From Candidatus Bathyarchaeia archaeon (GTDB lineage: Archaea; Thermoproteota; Bathyarchaeia; Bathyarchaeales; Bathycorpusculaceae), in the NCBI GenBank assembly GCA_050010515.1, contig JBEKKX010000041.1, forward strand, positions 1 to 19,163: DNA of 19,163 nt, written 5' to 3'. A model generated the notes under the pieces. The model ran no database searches. It had not been told where the DNA came from and saw only the letters and a program-made list of their open reading frames with translations. This document shows, piece after piece, positions 17,020 through 19,163 of this stretch; the first letter of the stretch is position 1, and each line of letters begins with the position of its first letter. Made by a program: the position numbers and the translations under genes.

Positions 17020-17464
17020 TTACCAGACCCTAATTTTGGTTTCTTTCTGTATTACCCCAAACTTCAACTGAAAAACTAGTTAATCCCCAATGCCACCCCC
17101 TCTTTTCAGCAACATGCTCTCCAAACTCAGTTTCCAAGCGCTTGTTCATTTTTAGAATTCTTCGGCTTATTTGGTGCCGGGTGACATTGAAACGCTCAAG
17201 CTTAACTGCATATCCTTGGGTAATAAGCCGGAACTGCCTGCCTCAAAAAGCAACTGCAGAATTTCCTTGTCAACCTCGTCTTGGCAGGCAACTCGCCGAT
17301 TAATGACTGCTCAAAATTGAAAGAACCCTTCATACCAGCAAAGATAGTTCGAAGCATAAGTTTGACTTCTTCAACTTCTGTCAAGGTCTTCTTGAGCAGT
17401 TGTTGATTATAATTTAAACGACCAATCTTATCGCTTCGCCGTGCTTCTTTGACGCTTTCATCAG
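17020..17464 (-). pseudogene. 5'-truncated, doubly frameshifted winged-helix protein gene
   Basis: Three frames join to give ...KIGRLNYNQQLLKKTLTEVEEVKLMLRTIFAGMKGSFNFEQSLI / RVACQDEVDKEILQLLFEAGSSGLLPKD / AVKLERFNVTRHQISRRILKMNKRLETEFGEHVAEKRGWHWGLT..., with shifts near 17297 and 17210. Confidence 0.7.
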
Positions 17465-17533
17465 TATGGAGGAGGACTTAAGATCCTCTGGCGCAGGCAT
17501 TCGTGGGTTCAAGTCCCACCCCCGGCACCACTA
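17465..17533 (+). repeat. att-like copy 2 of the tRNA-Leu 3' part (last 3 intron nt, exon 2, CCA, CTA)
   Basis: 68/69 identical to 14359-14427. Confidence 0.97.
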
Positions 17534-17564
17534 CGTTGAAAATATCGATTTGTGGGCGGTAATT

Positions 17565-17846
17565 TCAAACTTCTGGGAAAAATCGTCTCATGAATGCAAT
17601 TATTGCTTGATTTTCTCTGGGGTTGAGTGCTACCTGCAATCCATAACTTGTTGGTTTGGGGATAATCCACCCTTGACGGATAAGGTCTTTTGCGATTGTG
17701 TCTATTCTTTTTGTCCCATGTTTTCCGAGATCCGCTTCTTTAAAGCCCTTTTGCAGATTCTCGAAGGCTGTGTGACTTGCTCCCCAATTGCCTCTCTTAT
17801 GAAGCTTGAAAAGTATCGTCGCTTTTATTTCGTCGTCCGAAAGCAT
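17565..17846 (-). CDS. Small basic hypothetical protein, possibly winged-helix-like
   Basis: 93-aa ORF with ILFKLHKRGNWGASHT and DLIRQGWIIPKPTSYG; divergent from the HTH gene. Confidence 0.75.
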   Translation of the reverse strand: MLSDDEIKATILFKLHKRGNWGASHTAFENLQKGFKEADLGKHGTKRIDTIAKDLIRQGWIIPKPTSYGLQVALNPRENQAIIAFMRRFFPEV

Positions 17847-17921
17847 AAGTTCACTTTTGATACTTTCAAAGGTTACTCTTATATACTTTGGGATTATTTA
17901 TGATTCAGCAGGTCTTTTGAT

Positions 17922-18281
17922 ATGGGAACGGCATACAAAGCGGATGAAACACTTCTGCTCAAATACTTGGGAGATAGCCCAATACTGAGAATCATTGATT
18001 TCTTCTTAGACAACCCGCTTTCTGATTACTCCAAAAACGAGGTTGCAAAGAATCTTGCTATGAGCAGAGCAACATTTTTCAAGTATTGGAAAGAACTTGA
18101 AATGTCGGGAGCTCTGATAGTAACCCGTAAAATTGGGAGAGCTACGATGTACAAGCTTGACAGAGCTAACGATATTGTAAAACAATTGATTAGGCTTGAT
18201 ATGACTATTTCAAGAAAGGCAATGGAAAAACAAGTTGAAGAAAACGAGAAGTCGATTGCTATTAAAACAGGCTCTCACTAG
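17922..18281 (+). CDS. Winged-helix (ArsR-like) HTH protein
   Basis: SPILRIIDFF, YSKNEVAKNLAMSRATFFKYWKEL and TRKIGRATMYKL. Confidence 0.85.
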   Translation: MGTAYKADETLLLKYLGDSPILRIIDFFLDNPLSDYSKNEVAKNLAMSRATFFKYWKELEMSGALIVTRKIGRATMYKLDRANDIVKQLIRLDMTISRKAMEKQVEENEKSIAIKTGSH

Positions 18282-18318
18282 ATATTTGTTTGGTTCTGTA
18301 TCAAGCCTCCCTTTGCAA

Positions 18319-18332
18319 CCCCGGCACCACTA
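18319..18332 (+). repeat. Short att-like copy 3 of the tRNA-Leu 3' end
   Basis: CCCCGGCACCACTA, identical to 14414-14427 and 17520-17533; lies between genes. Confidence 0.8.
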
Positions 18333-18363
18333 TTGTTAAAATCGAGGGAAAGCTGAGGGTTTT

Positions 18364-18762
18364 TTAGATCCAGCTTTTTTTTGTTTCCTGTATTGCGTCA
18401 AAGTGGGGGTCGTCTGACAGAATGGTTGCTTGGTTGGCTATGGCTGTTGCAGCAATTATGCAGTCGCCCATAGGTGTATTTCGGTATTTGCTTCTGAGCA
18501 GGCCTGCTTGTTTGGCTATTGGTGAAGTTAGGCTTTGGATCTTCAGTCCGCTTTGGGTTAAATTCGCATAGCAGATTTCTGCTTCTTCTTTTCCGATTTT
18601 TTCGCAAATCGTTTGAATAGTTTCGCTGATAACGATTGTCGGCAGTATGCCTTCTTTGCGCTGGATAAGGTCTTTTAACTTTTTTGTAGCTTTTTGCTTG
18701 GTTTCAGTTTTGTCTGAATAGAAATATTCCATGATGAATCGGCTGTCAAGCACCATTTTCAA
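18364..18762 (-). CDS. vapC: PIN-domain VapC toxin
   Basis: MVLDS, PTIVISE, MGDCIIAATA and LSDDPHF. Confidence 0.92.
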   Translation of the reverse strand: MKMVLDSRFIMEYFYSDKTETKQKATKKLKDLIQRKEGILPTIVISETIQTICEKIGKEEAEICYANLTQSGLKIQSLTSPIAKQAGLLRSKYRNTPMGDCIIAATAIANQATILSDDPHFDAIQETKKSWI

Positions 18763-18765
18763 GCT

Positions 18766-19008
18766 TTAATATTCCTCTCTAAGCATGTCTATGTGTTTCT
18801 TCATTTCTTCCGGCTTTGCGTATTTTGAGTAGATGCCTGCGCATTCTTCTAGTTTTCTGATTGGTGTAAAAATAACTTGACCGTGCTCGGTTGCTTCGAC
18901 TAAAAGTTTGTCTCCTTCCTTTATCACCAGTTTTTGCCTAACTTCTACTGGTATAGTTGTTTGACCTTTTCGGGTAACCTTTACAATGCTGGTCATGTGT
19001 AATCTCAA
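18766..19008 (-). CDS. vapB: AbrB-family antitoxin
   Basis: VKVTRKGQTTIPVEVRQKLVIKEGD; start at 18996 or 19008. Confidence 0.92.
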   Translation of the reverse strand: MRLHMTSIVKVTRKGQTTIPVEVRQKLVIKEGDKLLVEATEHGQVIFTPIRKLEECAGIYSKYAKPEEMKKHIDMLREEY

Positions 19009-19103
19009 TACGTAAAGGTCAGTACTACCCTAAAAGTTTTATCCTAATTCAATTGCGAAAATACTACTTAACTTAAAGTCAGTGATGCCATAAAATGGAA
19101 TTT

Positions 19104-19163
19104 GATTGCCTAAGATATGGAGGAGGACTTAAGATCCTCTGGCGCAGGCCTTCGTGGGTTCAA
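19104..19163 (+). repeat. att-like copy 4 of the tRNA-Leu 3' part (last 15 intron nt plus exon 2), cut by the window end
   Basis: 60/60 identical to 14347-14406. Confidence 0.97.

Noticed and set aside
17172-17181. TGGTGCCGGG matching the tRNA-Leu acceptor end (possible 5' half or inverted att)
   Set aside because: Only 10 bp, with no tRNA structure around it; explained as the TRHQ codons of the wHTH pseudogene.
17465-17533. Second complete tRNA-Leu gene
   Set aside because: No exon 1 (acceptor 5' strand or D arm) upstream; it is only a 3' fragment.
17466-17903. 145-aa plus-strand ORF starting in the tRNA repeat (possible SSV-type split integrase fragment)
   Set aside because: No tyrosine-recombinase R-H-R-Y motifs; it reads through the tRNA copy and is antisense to the more convincing 93-aa gene.
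14305-19163. CRISPR interpretation of the recurring repeats
   Set aside because: The repeats are tRNA-derived, unequal in length and separated by gene-sized segments; no cas genes are present.

Overview
Archaeal chromosomal window, probably TACK and possibly Bathyarchaeia-like. This is inferred from rpl14e, cbf5, a D-arm tRNA intron with a BHB-type motif and a 23S gene with no adjacent 5S. Core features are the 3' end of 23S rRNA, a nitroreductase, an RHH regulator, the rpl14e-cbf5-RsmC-like methyltransferase operon, an intron-containing tRNA-Leu(TAA) and an atypical tRNA-Thr(TGT). Accessory DNA surrounds them: three AbrB/VapC pairs, one MNT/HepT pair, a COG1672-type ATPase, a beta-class DNA MTase with an HNH nuclease, an EVE/PUA-like PD-(D/E)XK nuclease split by an in-frame stop, and several pseudogenes. 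The main unexplained structure is that most accessory blocks are short cassettes of about 0.8-3 kb bracketed by direct repeats, with no integrase in the window. The clearest case is a tandem array behind tRNA-Leu, where four copies of the tRNA 3' part (the gene plus three repeats) delimit three cargo cassettes and the window ends inside the last copy. All calls come from reading the sequence and recalled family motifs; no searches were run.
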